Below are positions 52,452 through 64,000 of a DNA stretch of 64,000 nt, piece by piece. The stretch's first letter is position 1. Every line of letters begins with the position of its first letter. Made by a program: the position numbers and the translations under genes. The stretch is taken from contig CM102285.1 in NCBI GenBank assembly GCA_046563655.1, positions 744,001 through 808,000 on the forward strand. Direction: 5' to 3'. The stretch comes from Yuukianura sp. NJ FZ-2021. Its lineage: Eukaryota. The notes beneath the pieces are model-generated. The model saw only the letters and a program-made list of their open reading frames with translations. It was not told the origin of the DNA and did not search any database.

Positions 52452-53861
52452 GACATCTTGAAGCGACGTCAAACGTCTTCTTGCGGTTTACTCCGTGGCA
52501 CGATGGAAGCCAGCCATATTCCTGCAGTTCCTCCTCATTTGTCGCCAGTGTCACAAGAACGTATAAGTCCATCCGTTCATTCATCTGAACCCAGTGTAGA
52601 TCCTCACCGTATATGCGAATCTGACTTTCGCGACATCGTGAAGGAAATCAAACAGGTCAATTTACACTTAATTCGGAAGTTAGATTTGATATACAGTTTG
52701 ACATGACAATTGACCCTCATTTCTGCATGTTTTTAGGAACTGGCTGGTCGAAGTCAAGAACTTTTTGATGTCGCTAGTTACTACTTCGATGGCCAGGGGA
52801 AGGCTATACGTCCGTTGATCTCAGTACTCATGGCGCGTGCCATTAATTCGCATTTGCATGGGAATAGGTAAGTTAGTTTTAAAATCAATCGAAACGTTGT
52901 GTTAACCTTAAATTGAAAACGAATCTTTTGATTTTCAGCTTTATACTTCCATCTCAGAAGCAAATAGCCCTCGTTTCTGAAATGATTCACACCGCGACTT
53001 TAGTTCATGACGATGTCGTTGACACTTCTCCAACGCGTAGAGGGAAACCCAGTGTCAACGCTCTGTTTGGCCAGAAGAAGGCCATTATTGCCGGAGACTA
53101 CATTTTGGCCAAGGCAGGATCCATGGTCGCTCGTCTCGACAACGATCAAGTCACACATTTCCTGGCTCAAGTACTATCGGACTTGGTGCAAGGAGAATTT
53201 ATGCAAATGGGTGCTAACGAAGACTCGACAGACCGATTCGCCCACTACATTGCCAAAACGTTTAACAAAACTGCTTCACTCATGGCCTACACTTGTAAAG
53301 GAGTGGCTGTGTTAGGAGGCTGTGACGAATCCCTGGCAGAAATGGCTTTTCAATATGGAAAACACGTAGGAATTGCCTTTCAACTCATCGATGACCTGCT
53401 CGATTTTGTGTCTTCGACGGCCACAATGGGCAAACCTACTGCGGCTGACCTTCAGTTAGGATTGGCTACCGCCCCGGTGCTATTTGCTGCACAGACGGTG
53501 AGTTTTTAAAGAAAACGTTTTCTAACCGTAACCCCGATTTCAAATGACATTTTTCGATTATTTTTCAGCATCCAGAGCTAGAAGAATTGATTGAGCGACG
53601 GTTTAGTAGCGACGGTGACGTACAAAAAGCTCTCGATTTCGTCCATAACTCAGATGGGTTGGAACAGACAAAGTTCTTAGCTCAAAAGTATTGTATAGAG
53701 GCTGTTAGATACGTCAGCACACTTCGAGACTCGTCTTACCAGAAAGGTCTCATAAGCATCACAGAAAAGGTTAGTTTGGCTAAGGAATTGATTTAACTTT
53801 GGACAAACATGAATAAATATTTGCCAATTTGACGTTTTAGGTGCTGAATCGGTCCAAGTAG
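52452..53861 (+). CDS. PDSS1: Decaprenyl diphosphate synthase subunit 1 (first exon probably near 51830)
   Basis: YYFDGQGKAIRP, FARM (LVHDDVVD), SARM (FQLIDDLLD) and GKPTAADL.LGLATAPVLFA. Confidence 0.92.
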
Positions 53862-54651
53862 AATCTAGTGTTTTCCAAATAAACGAGAAATATTTACGCT
53901 TCAACTGTTCAACGGTGTCCCGCTACGAATACAGTTCAAATCACTGAGCGGACTTGTAGTAAATTAGTTATAATTTTGTGCGCATGAATCAGTCAAATTA
54001 TTAGTTTTTCCAGTGTCAGTGATACCTAAATAGTAATTTGATTAAAATTAGTCAACCCCGATTTTTTTTTGTGTATTCAGAAGTATATTAAAGAACAAAT
54101 CAAATATAAATAAAAACATGCTATTAAAAAACAGTCGTTACTGATGTTTACCGAATCGTAGAAGGTCATTAGCGCGAAAACAATAAGCGGGAATTCAGCA
54201 AACTGGCAACTGTGGAACTGACTTTATTGAAGGATGAAGTTGGGTTTCATTGTAATATGTAGAGGCAGTGTTGCCTAGTTGTGGAATTCGCGCTTATTGT
54301 TTTCGTCAAATTGACCTGGAACGTACTAAATTTTTCATTTCGCACGAATTACTCTCTCAAAGTTCAAATCGATCGCACCATTAAAATTTTCCTGTATCGA
54401 GCAAATACCAAAGAAAGTGGTGATATCATATACACAAAATGTTGGACAAACAACAATTTGTACTTTCACCTGCCTCCTTTCGGTAAATTTCATGATTCAT
54501 GGATGGCGGGAAAGTTTGAAAAATTTAGTATGTACGATTAGGATATGTTAAGGTTAGTTAGGTTGCGATAAGATTACACTATTGTAATACCTTAACATCA
54601 GTTTATGTTTTCATGTTAGTTCCATTTTAGCTGTAGTACACTCTGGACGTA

Positions 54652-57600
54652 ATGGCGGTAACATTATTGCACAAATTTCTTACTATGAGCCTAACTTTGA
54701 CGTTTTCCTTTGAAATTGCCTGCGGGAACTGGACGTTAGGCGATGCCATTGAAGTTGTTAAACTTTGGGAAGTTCCCACCCAATTTGAAATTTTGGTGTA
54801 CTCAGACTCATTTGCAATGTCGGGGCAAATTGAGACACTCGACAGAGCCATATTAACGATTTCACTAAAAACGATAAACACCACTGGTGAAGTGAGAGAG
54901 TTGCTTAGAAGAAATCGGTTTGTTATTGTATTCCACATTTTGGATGAGGCAACTACGGCTCATTTAGAGGAGGGATTTAACGAGGTACCAGAATTTATAC
55001 ATATAAATACAATATTATATATAATACAATAAAATAAATTAGTTCTCAATTTATTTAGATCAAAGCTGAGTTGGATTATTATTCAAGAGGTAGACGAGGA
55101 TCCAGCAGTACGCGATACCACTTTTTCTTGTGGCCCGATACCACACCGCCACCAACAAAATATGAAATTTGTGCAAACGTAGAGACGTTCTTACGTTCGA
55201 TTCCACTTCAGAGCAATATTTATATTCTCACAAAGTCCGGCGTATTGTTTGAATTGTTTTCAGTCAAAGGAAATGTGCATTGCCACAATTATATGAACTC
55301 TGCCTATAATTTTGTGGACATTACAGCTCGCGTACGGCGAAGACAAAATTTTAAGAAAGTTCATATCATCGCTACAGCTGCCGTCGTAGGTCCATTATAT
55401 ATGTAAATATAAGGTTAGGTAAAAGACACGTAAAAGTAGACGCCCTAAAAACTACTCCCTAAACTTTATCTTCCTCTTATTGATGAAAATTTGAAAAATT
55501 CCAAAATATTGTGCGTCTTTTTTTTTTGGAAACACCATCACACCTTACAAGTTTCCACAGTAATACTTGTGGAAAAAAAATTGTATCTTCCTAATTTATG
55601 GGAAATTGAAATATTCTGAAATATTTTTTTTTTTGAAAACACCATCATACATTCTAACTTTCTACAGGAGGACTTTTGGAGAAAGTCAGGATTAGGCTAA
55701 CAAATTCACTAAAGTGCATTTTCCTCATTAATGGAAATTTAAGAAATTCCAAAATAGTGATTTTTAAAAACTGCGTCAAACCTTCTAACTTTCCACAGAA
55801 GGACTTTTGGAAAAAGTCAGGATTAGGCTAACAAATTCTCTAAACTTTTTATTTGCTATAGTTTCCCCTCATAATTCCTCAAACAAAGAAATTATTTTTT
55901 CAGCGTCTACTTTTACGTGCCACGCCCTGTATGATGCAAATATACATATATTTGCATTATATATATCATAATGAATAGTATTATATACAGGAAGGCTCAA
56001 CCGAATTTGAAGTTCGTCTTGAAGAAAAAAATGGCAAAGTGGTATCAGCTACTGGACTGGCTGTTAACATTTTCAAAGATTTGGAGTATTCGCTGAACTT
56101 TACGTACAATTTGAAATCATATAAATAAATGTATAAATAAAATATAATTATTAATACATATTATTCTATTCAGAGGCGAATACTTGCGTGGTGACTGGGT
56201 TATGAGAAACAAGATAACAGGTCTTCCAGAAGGCATTACCGTCGATCAACTACACAGTGGACAAGCGGACATTTACATTACACAAACTACTTTAGCTACT
56301 TACAGGGCTATTGGGTTCTCCTACATTCAACCAACATTCCAAGACAGGTAGAACTAAATAGGGTCGGTGGTTATTTGCCCCGTCTTGGTTTTTAATCACA
56401 TGGGTTCGAATCTCACCAAGGGAAATTATAGTTATTGTTTTTTTTTTAAAGTATTTTTGCGTTTGTGCATCAACCGAAGTCGTCTTCTGTACGTGATGTA
56501 CATATTTCTCCATTTCAACCAAAATTGTGGTTGGTACTTTTCGGGATCTGGATTCTCCTTGCGCTTGCCTTGTACTTCAACTTCTACTTGAAATATTTCA
56601 TGAATCGACACAATTTCAGAGCTCCTCTGTTTAACAAATTTGATCAACTACAGGAAGCCATACTATGGTCAATAGCTGCTGCTTGCAATAAAGGTATGGT
56701 ACAAGGTTCCTTGACAACCGAATTGTATTTCCTACAACAGGTTGTCCAATAACTCGGGGTTTCCAAATTTTGCTTCAAATAATTTTTCCCCCAATTTTCT
56801 CACAATTCCAATTGCTTTACATGAAAATACTTACCACAGGAGGAAAGAAAATTTTCGAAATTTTTTAACAAAATGAAAAACATCGAGTTATTGGACATCC
56901 TGGTGGAGAAAATTTTTTTTTTTATTCACGAACCTTGGAATGGTAAATTCTAAGTTTCATGACTAATAAGACGTAGAATTTTGCATGCTGTGTTGCCAAT
57001 TTTCTTCCTCCTGTGCTGTTTTATCATCATAACTTTTTTTTCAGGATGGTACTGTTTTCCCAAATTTAACTGCGCAAGAATAATTATTTTTACGGGGTCA
57101 TTGACCGGAGCGCTCGTGCTGTTCATGTATTCCGGATCAATCATCTCTTCTTTAACATCCGAAACAACACCAATCCGAAACTTTCGTGATTTACTACACA
57201 GTTCACTGGATATCTACGTAGACAATTCGAGCAGCACGATACAGCGCATGGTAGACAACTTGAAGAAAAAAGCAGCGAAGAAGCGGAATTTCATCATATC
57301 ATATGAAGCTGTAAGTATCAACTACACGCTGAACCGTCCAGCAGCCGTACTAGGGTTTGCTCGAAACATTTACCGAACGGCACGAAACGAAAGTATTGTC
57401 AACATCACGAACAATCAACTCTGTTCCACTTTTTCGAAAATCCCGGTTACGAAATTACCGTTACTCAACGGTATGCTGCTCCCAGCTACTTCTCCATTCC
57501 GTGAAGCATTCAACTACAAGTATGTAAATACATAAGAACAAAATGTTCAACATAATTATGATCAGCATTGCAAAAAGGTCAACATTTAATTTTAATGCAT

Positions 57601-57859
57601 CCATATTGTTTTTAGTGTAATGAAAATCAGAGAAGGCGGATTGGTTGATCGCTACGTGCATCATTATACATGGAAATCCATTCCGTCTTGCGCAGAGAAG
57701 AAAGTCGCATACAGTGAAAATTTGGGAATTCAAGACGTCGTTACGGCCTACGCGCTGCTTGGTTGCGGCAGCGTACTGTCGCTAGTTATATTTGTTTTTG
57801 AACGCTGCCGGCACCGGCCGCGAAAAAGTAAACTCACAGCAACAAAATTTCAAAATTAG
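54652..57859 (+). CDS. Divergent ionotropic receptor (IR / iGluR-like)
   Basis: M1 after SPFQPKLW, pore region AILWSIAAACNKG, M3 LFMYSGSIISSLT, SPFREAFNY...REGGL, and M4 LGIQDVVTAY. Confidence 0.85.
56702..56937. mobile_element. CAAGG-family MITE in an IR intron
   Basis: CAAGGTTC...GAACCTTG ends; 8-bp flanks GTATGGTA / GAATGGTA (7/8 match). Confidence 0.78.
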
Positions 57860-58584
57860 GCAAAAGTTACCAACAACAGAAATTTTATTTGCATTATTTG
57901 GTACAAGTCCACATTTTTATCAGAATTGAGATCAACTTTACCGTTCAATTCGTAATATACTCCGACTACGATGTTTTCCTTTACCAATTCTCTCTTTTCG
58001 CTTAAGGAGTTGTGACAACAGAAAACTTTTTTCTAACAGGTTAGGCAATAAGTCAATCCTTTAAAAAAAATCAAGAAAAAAAAAACAAAGCTTAAAACCA
58101 ATTCTGTATACGAGTTAAAAAAAAACAGTTTCGCTTTTTTTTCACAGATTTTTGGAATTTTCTTAAGCGTTTTGATTTTCTGGGCCTTTTTTAAATTCAA
58201 ATTGCCATAACAACAAAAAATGAACCTGGGTAAATTCATTTTCAAAAATTTTTCTTAAAAAATTTAAAAGTGGAAGTTATTGCCTAACCTGTTAAAGAAA
58301 AAGTATTTCTTTGTTTATTAACCTTGCTGTCTCCAGTTATATTTGTTTTTGAACGCTGCCGTTGTACTCAAAAGGTAAACTCACAGCGACAAAAATTCAA
58401 AACTAGTCAAAATTTACCTACGACATTGCGAAAATATTTGCATTTTCTAGTAAAAGTTTACATTTGTATTACTAGAATTTACATCAACTACACCGTCCAC
58501 TCCATAGTGTACGGCTACTACAATATGTTCCTTTATAGTCAGCCAATTGTCTCGTTTTCTGTATATGTTATCAACACAGTTATA

Positions 58585-60536
58585 CTAGAACAGTTCTGCA
58601 ACATCTCCCGATTCATTGGCAAGGAGCAACGAAATGACTGTAGATATGACAATTTCCCAGGCCGAAAGGACATATCTTTCGTCAACGAAAAATTCGCCTC
58701 CAACATTGACTTTGAGCGGCTGTAGACCCCGTAGAAAACTTCTGTTCCATCGCAGCTCTTCCTTTGCCTTGTCAGGATCGATTTGTTGGACGCGGGTTCG
58801 ATTCCTGCCCTCCCCATTAACATTTTCCTTCCATGCTACCAACATGTTAAGACTCTCAGAATAAATTTGTCCGCAACGAAATACGAGAAATGAGAAAACA
58901 AGTCCGGTATAGAAGAGACCCATGGTGTAAAGGAGCTTTTGGTACAACGGAGCATCCGTTCCTATGGCAATGTACATTAAGATCACCATGACAACGATAC
59001 CGGAATTGACGACGACACGCAGAAACGGAGCAATGAAGGGCATAATAATTTTATACATTAGCATGAGAAACTTGTAGGTATAAAGTCCAACATGTAGTTC
59101 CATAGTGCGCAGGCGTCCTTCTCTGAAAAAAAAAACAATTAAAACGTATTACACGCAATGTCTCACAACGCACAAATGCTACTCGGAAATATTAATTTCA
59201 ACGCATTTTGTGGATTGTACGAACGCGCTTACTTTCAAATTAGATTACACATTCAAAATTTTGTAATCAATTACAGGGATGGATTTCGATTACTCAGTTC
59301 TGTAATCGAAATCGAGTTTTAATCTGTAATTGTAAACTAGGTGTATTCTGTTTTAAAACTTTTTTTTGCAAAAAGACTTAAAACTGGAGTTATTGCTTAA
59401 CTTGTTAAAGAAAAAGTATTTCTTTGTATATCCATCTTACTTAGTTACAATGGTGTATTGGTGCATTCGGGGTTTAAAGTGTGTTTCGTATAATCGGAAA
59501 CTTGTAGAAAACTTGATAAGTGGGATTACAATTACGATTACCAGGCCAAGATTTTTGTAATCGATTGCAACCCTAGATTCAACGCTAGGACAAAAGTGAT
59601 TTGTTTATCTTACTCGAGCAGTTTGAGTATTTCGGCTACGTAGAACGCATACGTTAGAGCCAATGTGCAGAGAACTGTTCCGAGTGACCCCATCAGGATG
59701 GCAAAATAGGTCAATAGTAAGCCAACAGCGAGAGTGAACATATTGCTTGCTTCGACTCCAAGTTCAAATACGTTTTGAATTGGAGAATGTTTGACCGTGA
59801 GTAGAGTTGAGTCCCAGAACGTAACGTAGAGCGCAAAGTATCCAGCAGGAACCAGCATGTCAAGTGCAACGTACAGAAGGGTCAAGAATTCCACCAATTT
59901 CTTCCGCCGTTGCTTTACCAGCACTCGAAATTCTGGCGACATATGTCGTTTCTGCCGTTCTACAATTAGAAAACTGTCATACAGTGCAGAAAAAATATAG
60001 AACCGAGTGGGACTCGAACCCTCATCTCTTGACTTTGGGAAAACCTCTAACCATTAAGCTATCCTGAGAAAACGTACAACTAAGCCGCGAAGCTTTTAAA
60101 AAATTTCCATAAAATGAAACTAAATGAAGAAATTGGTGACAAATTTTTCACCTTGCAGTTGATCCATCATGCTGAGCAAGCCGTTCCACATCAAAGCAGT
60201 TGGCGACCTCTGGGTGTTAATGTACACGTCCGAGGATACGTGTACAACAGCAAACAACAGATTGAGCACGATGGAGCTGATGTAGATCATCGGCACCAGC
60301 TCATTTCCATTTAACATTAGCGAGACGTCCAGAGCTATCCCCAGTAGTACAATGCTAATCAGCCCCAAAACGTAATTCACGCCGCGACGAGCTGCATACA
60401 TACGGCCTCTTCGCGCGTAAATTTCTGCTGCTTTGGGGTCCACCGTGAATGGAGAAGTTCCAAAGCGGGTTGCGATTCCCATTAAACGACGCCAAACTGA
60501 AATTATAGGTCGACTGTAAGGTTGAAGCGGAGCCAT
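58585..60536 (-). CDS. Odorant/gustatory receptor-like 7TM protein
   Basis: Three hydrophobic exons. The C-terminus RSFLRGLQPLKVNVGGEFFVDERYVLSAWEIVISTVISLLL resembles OR/GR TM7. Confidence 0.7.
60002..60066 (-). repeat. tRNA-derived module in an intron
   Basis: Minus strand GGATAGCTTAATGGTTAGAG...GATGAGGGTTCGAGTCCCACTCGGT followed by a T-run. Confidence 0.65.
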
Positions 60537-60999
60537 GTTAGGTTAATAGCATAACCTAACCTGTGCAGAGCAAACTACAGAATGCTCAAGATGCACCTAA
60601 CCTTGGAAAAGCTTCTAGAAAAAGATGAATTATTATAAATAACAAAACTGTTCATTTCCTGAGTAAAATTTCAACCAACCTTCCTTATATTTTTTTTGAA
60701 TACTCTACATATCAGTTATACCTTTGATACTCATTGCAAAACAGAAAGTCAATTTTGAAAAAAACTAATTTAGATAAACTTGACCTTGTGCTCGCCAAAA
60801 AAGTAAGTCAGGATCCGTACCGGCTTAGTTTCAAAAGCTACTTTATGATTTGGGGTGGTCAGGCTGTCAGATCGTACCTCAAGTAAATGCGTTTTTATTG
60901 CTTTTGAATTAGAAATATATTTTTAGCAGACATTTGTGGCAAATTCTGATGCCTAATTCCACAATATTACGTTGGGCTATTGAGTCCCTCATGAAGAGC

Positions 61000-63612
61000 T
61001 GCCACTTCATTATCGCCTAGTCCTTCCTCCTTCCCTTCTTCCTTGAAGTCGAACACTTCGCATTCACGACCGTACTCGTCGTCCTAAACAATTTAATTGT
61101 AACATTAAATCATTTTACAATACAGCTACGGGCAAATTAATTTGTGTTAGTACATAAATTGCCGTTAGAAGAGAGAGAGAGCTTGCAGAATTAGATTTAG
61201 AATAACGTTTTAGTTTCATGAGAAATTTAACCCTGCATATGTTAGTGCGAATGTATAAAAATAAATATTGTCTACCAAATTTAAGTTGCTTAGCTTATGG
61301 CAGGGATCACATGCAAGATCCGGTGCGGAAATCCTAAAGACCCCTGGAAATTGTTTCCTGTATCTTGTAACGAAAATAAAATTTGCTAAGCATGCGAGAA
61401 GCAGAAATATATTGTATTTGTGCGTACGCTTCTAAGCTGCATGCAATACTAACCATAGAGCTAAGCGATCATCACTAAAGCTTTTCATGCCAAATTTCCC
61501 CTTAATAGAGTTAAAATAGTAATTAAAGTAATTAGACGTGTCGGTTACTCACCAGAGTGGGAAACTTCAGCCGTTTGATTAAGGCATCCAGAGTGTCCAT
61601 AAATTCCGGCAAATCTGGAAATAAATAAAAGTTTCTCATTACAATTAAGTTAATTAATTAGTATTACATTGTAATTAAGTTAAATTGACGCTCAAAATGC
61701 TCTCTCAAGCGAGAACAATTTATGGTGACTATATGATTTGTTGTTGGCTGTGATTAATTTTAAACAATTTAAATTTTTTTAGATTTTTAGAACATTCGGA
61801 TGAGACGGAGCAGGTGAAATGGTCGAAAGCAATTGGATCAAAACGTGAAATGGTCAAAAAGTGAAAAGATCAACCTTTTCAAATAGTAAGTTATGCTTGA
61901 CTAGGTCAAGCTTTCTAGTGTTAGATCTTTTCACATTTGACATAATTGCTTTCGACCATTCTACATGGAACCGTGTGAAAACGTATATTTTTTATAAGGA
62001 TGACTACTAACATTTTAAGAATGAATGTTAACTGTTAATTAAGTTAAGTAGTTAATTAAGGTATAGTTAATTTGCATGTTTAGTCAAACTTAAAACTTAT
62101 GTTTTAAAAAACTTGGAAAAATGAATCATGAATGATGGAATTCAGCAATTTGGTGCTAAAAATGACAATTCGTTTTACAAGTAGCGAAATTCTGGGATGA
62201 AGTTTTTCAAAAAAAATATTTTTGCGGAAATTGAAATTTAGTAGTCAATAAGAAAAAAAAATTCTATTTTGTTGTTTCAGCACAGGAAATATTTTATTTT
62301 AAATCAGAAGATGTGATATATGGAGATATATTAAAATCATTAACCTAACCTTCTTGTTCAAAATTTTCCAAGTTCAAAATTCTGGGTGTTCAAAATTTTG
62401 AAAATCCTCATACATTAGGATGGTCAAAGTTCAAAGTTGTTTGGAACTTGACAGACTTTAACACTTTGCAAAAATTCAGTTTTTGTGGTGCACTTGAACT
62501 CGCGAGTGACCTCTAATTCTGCAACTCCCTTAAATTGCAAATATGGCTTGCATTTTTACAAACTATTTAGTGTGACATGCTTAACCTTAATGTTTTGGAA
62601 TTTATGATTTTGAAGATAAGCAGCTTATTCCACTCTGGCTATAGAATTTGAACTGAAAAGTTCAGTTGACAAGAGACCTATGAGCCTATGACCCCTTGCA
62701 GAACAATCGACTAAGGTTTACATTCAACGGTCATCAGTTTTTGAAAACCAATGGTTTTGTAGAAGCATGTTGACCGTTAAGACACTTTTGGATGTGAGAT
62801 ATTAGGGAGTTTGCGTTATAAATAATTTATAGAATTTATAGAAAGTATAGAATCTATGACGTCACTTTTCAAACTTTTGGGTTTTACAAAATTTATAAAC
62901 ACGGAACATAAATTCCATAAATGAGAAAAGTTTGGAAAGTGACCTCACGTATTTGAAATAAACCAATCACGGGAGCCGTAACAAAGCGGGTTCCTGGGGG
63001 CGGGGCTTACTAAATTCTATAATTTCTATAAATTCTATAAATGATTTGCAACGCAAAAACTCCCTATTCTGGTCCAATTTCTTAGGCATAGATTAACGTA
63101 ACTTTTGTTCCAGAATTGGACACCTTAGTTTCTTGTTATGGAAAATGCACGTAAACGTTACCGTGGTTCGAAATTGCAAATTGAAGTTCCCCTCCGACGT
63201 AATCGTAATCTCCCGTTTCTTCATTTCTTTGATAAAATTCGCCGGACAAATTGAATAAAACGTCGGTAATACGTTTCAGAGTACTAGGAGATCCCACGAA
63301 TGTTAAGTTTCCGTTGAACAACGGCTCATGATCTAAAACATCAACAAAACAACATAGAAAACAATTAGTTTAATACACATAAATACGTACAAATTCGCAC
63401 ATCATTTTTATGCGGGATGTAAATTTACAAACATACGACTCCGTAGTGATGGTTTTTTCCTTACATGAATCTTCTTCGATCAAACGGAAATCAGTCCCGT
63501 CACCGGATTTTGTGTCTTCCAAAACAATCTCAAGGTTCTCCTGCTCATGGACTTTGTCATTGCCATCCAGGTTTGATACCAGAGAATCAACAGAAAAGAA
63601 ATGCTTCCCCAT
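61000..63612 (-). CDS. Hypothetical multi-exon protein
   Basis: Short exon-like, GC-richer segments at 63400-63612, 63140-63330, ~61555-61615 and ~61000-61085 with plausible splice sites; no recognised domain. Confidence 0.4.
61810..61972. mobile_element. Small inverted-repeat element (MITE-like)
   Basis: AATGGTCGAAAGCAATT and AATTGCTTTCGACCATT form inverted subterminal arms. Confidence 0.5.
62804..63065. mobile_element. MITE with ~50-bp imperfect TIRs
   Basis: AGGGAGTTTGCGTT...TTTATAGAATTTATAGAAA and its inverted counterpart ending AACGCAAAAACTCCCT; ATT on both flanks. Confidence 0.6.
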
Positions 63613-64000
63613 TTCTATAAATAATTTCAGTTCACTTTAGTAGAGTTAGTACAGTTAATTGTTGTAACTTGAAGGTGTCTGCACGACTGGACGGTCGAAG
63701 TTCAAATGATCGAAAATTGACTTGTGACGTGGATGGATGCGTTGACTTGGGAGAATAAAAGATTTCTGATTGGTCCAAAAAATTTACCCTTGAACTTAAC
63801 GAACTTTAGCTGCTGGAAAAAAACTGAAATTTATTTAGTAAACCGTGTGGATGTCACTGACGTGACTTTTTAGGAATGTCTGATTTGCCGTAAAATGAAA
63901 AACTTTTTCAGAGAACTGCTACAATCTTCGTAAACAACTCATTCATAGATGCAAGTGACTTTTGGAAATTTTATCAAAAAATGCTAATTCCCTATTTCAC

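Overview
AT-rich, intron-containing eukaryotic (arthropod) DNA. The expanded chemoreceptor-like and F-box/LRR families suggest a springtail (Collembola), but this is an inference. Genes in order: two tandem GR/OR-like 7TM genes, a single-coding-exon PARG, TMED2/p24, a paired-class homeobox gene, a GT10 fucosyltransferase, two tandem F-box/LRR paralogues, SAM synthetase, an SLC7 transporter, an LRR-like gene, a co-oriented histone block (H1-H4-H2A-H2B, no H3), two 5S rRNA genes flanking a lipocalin-like ORF, TAB2-like, CRIF1, PDSS1, an ionotropic receptor and another OR/GR-like gene. DNA transposons of several superfamilies are dense, many with readable TIRs and TSDs. The most notable observations are: (1) an H3-less histone block linked to 5S rRNA; (2) a 1.3-kb foldback element whose 8-bp TSD duplicates the H2B start codon, separating H2B from its promoter, and which carries mirrored arrays of CTCF-like and YY1-like motifs; (3) a D41D Tc1/mariner element inserted in a coding exon of SAM synthetase; (4) a CACTA/EnSpm element carrying a BEN-domain ORF; (5) intronic tRNA-like modules; and (6) a perfect 61-bp-arm hairpin. 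Exon boundaries were read by eye and are approximate, and no database searches were run.
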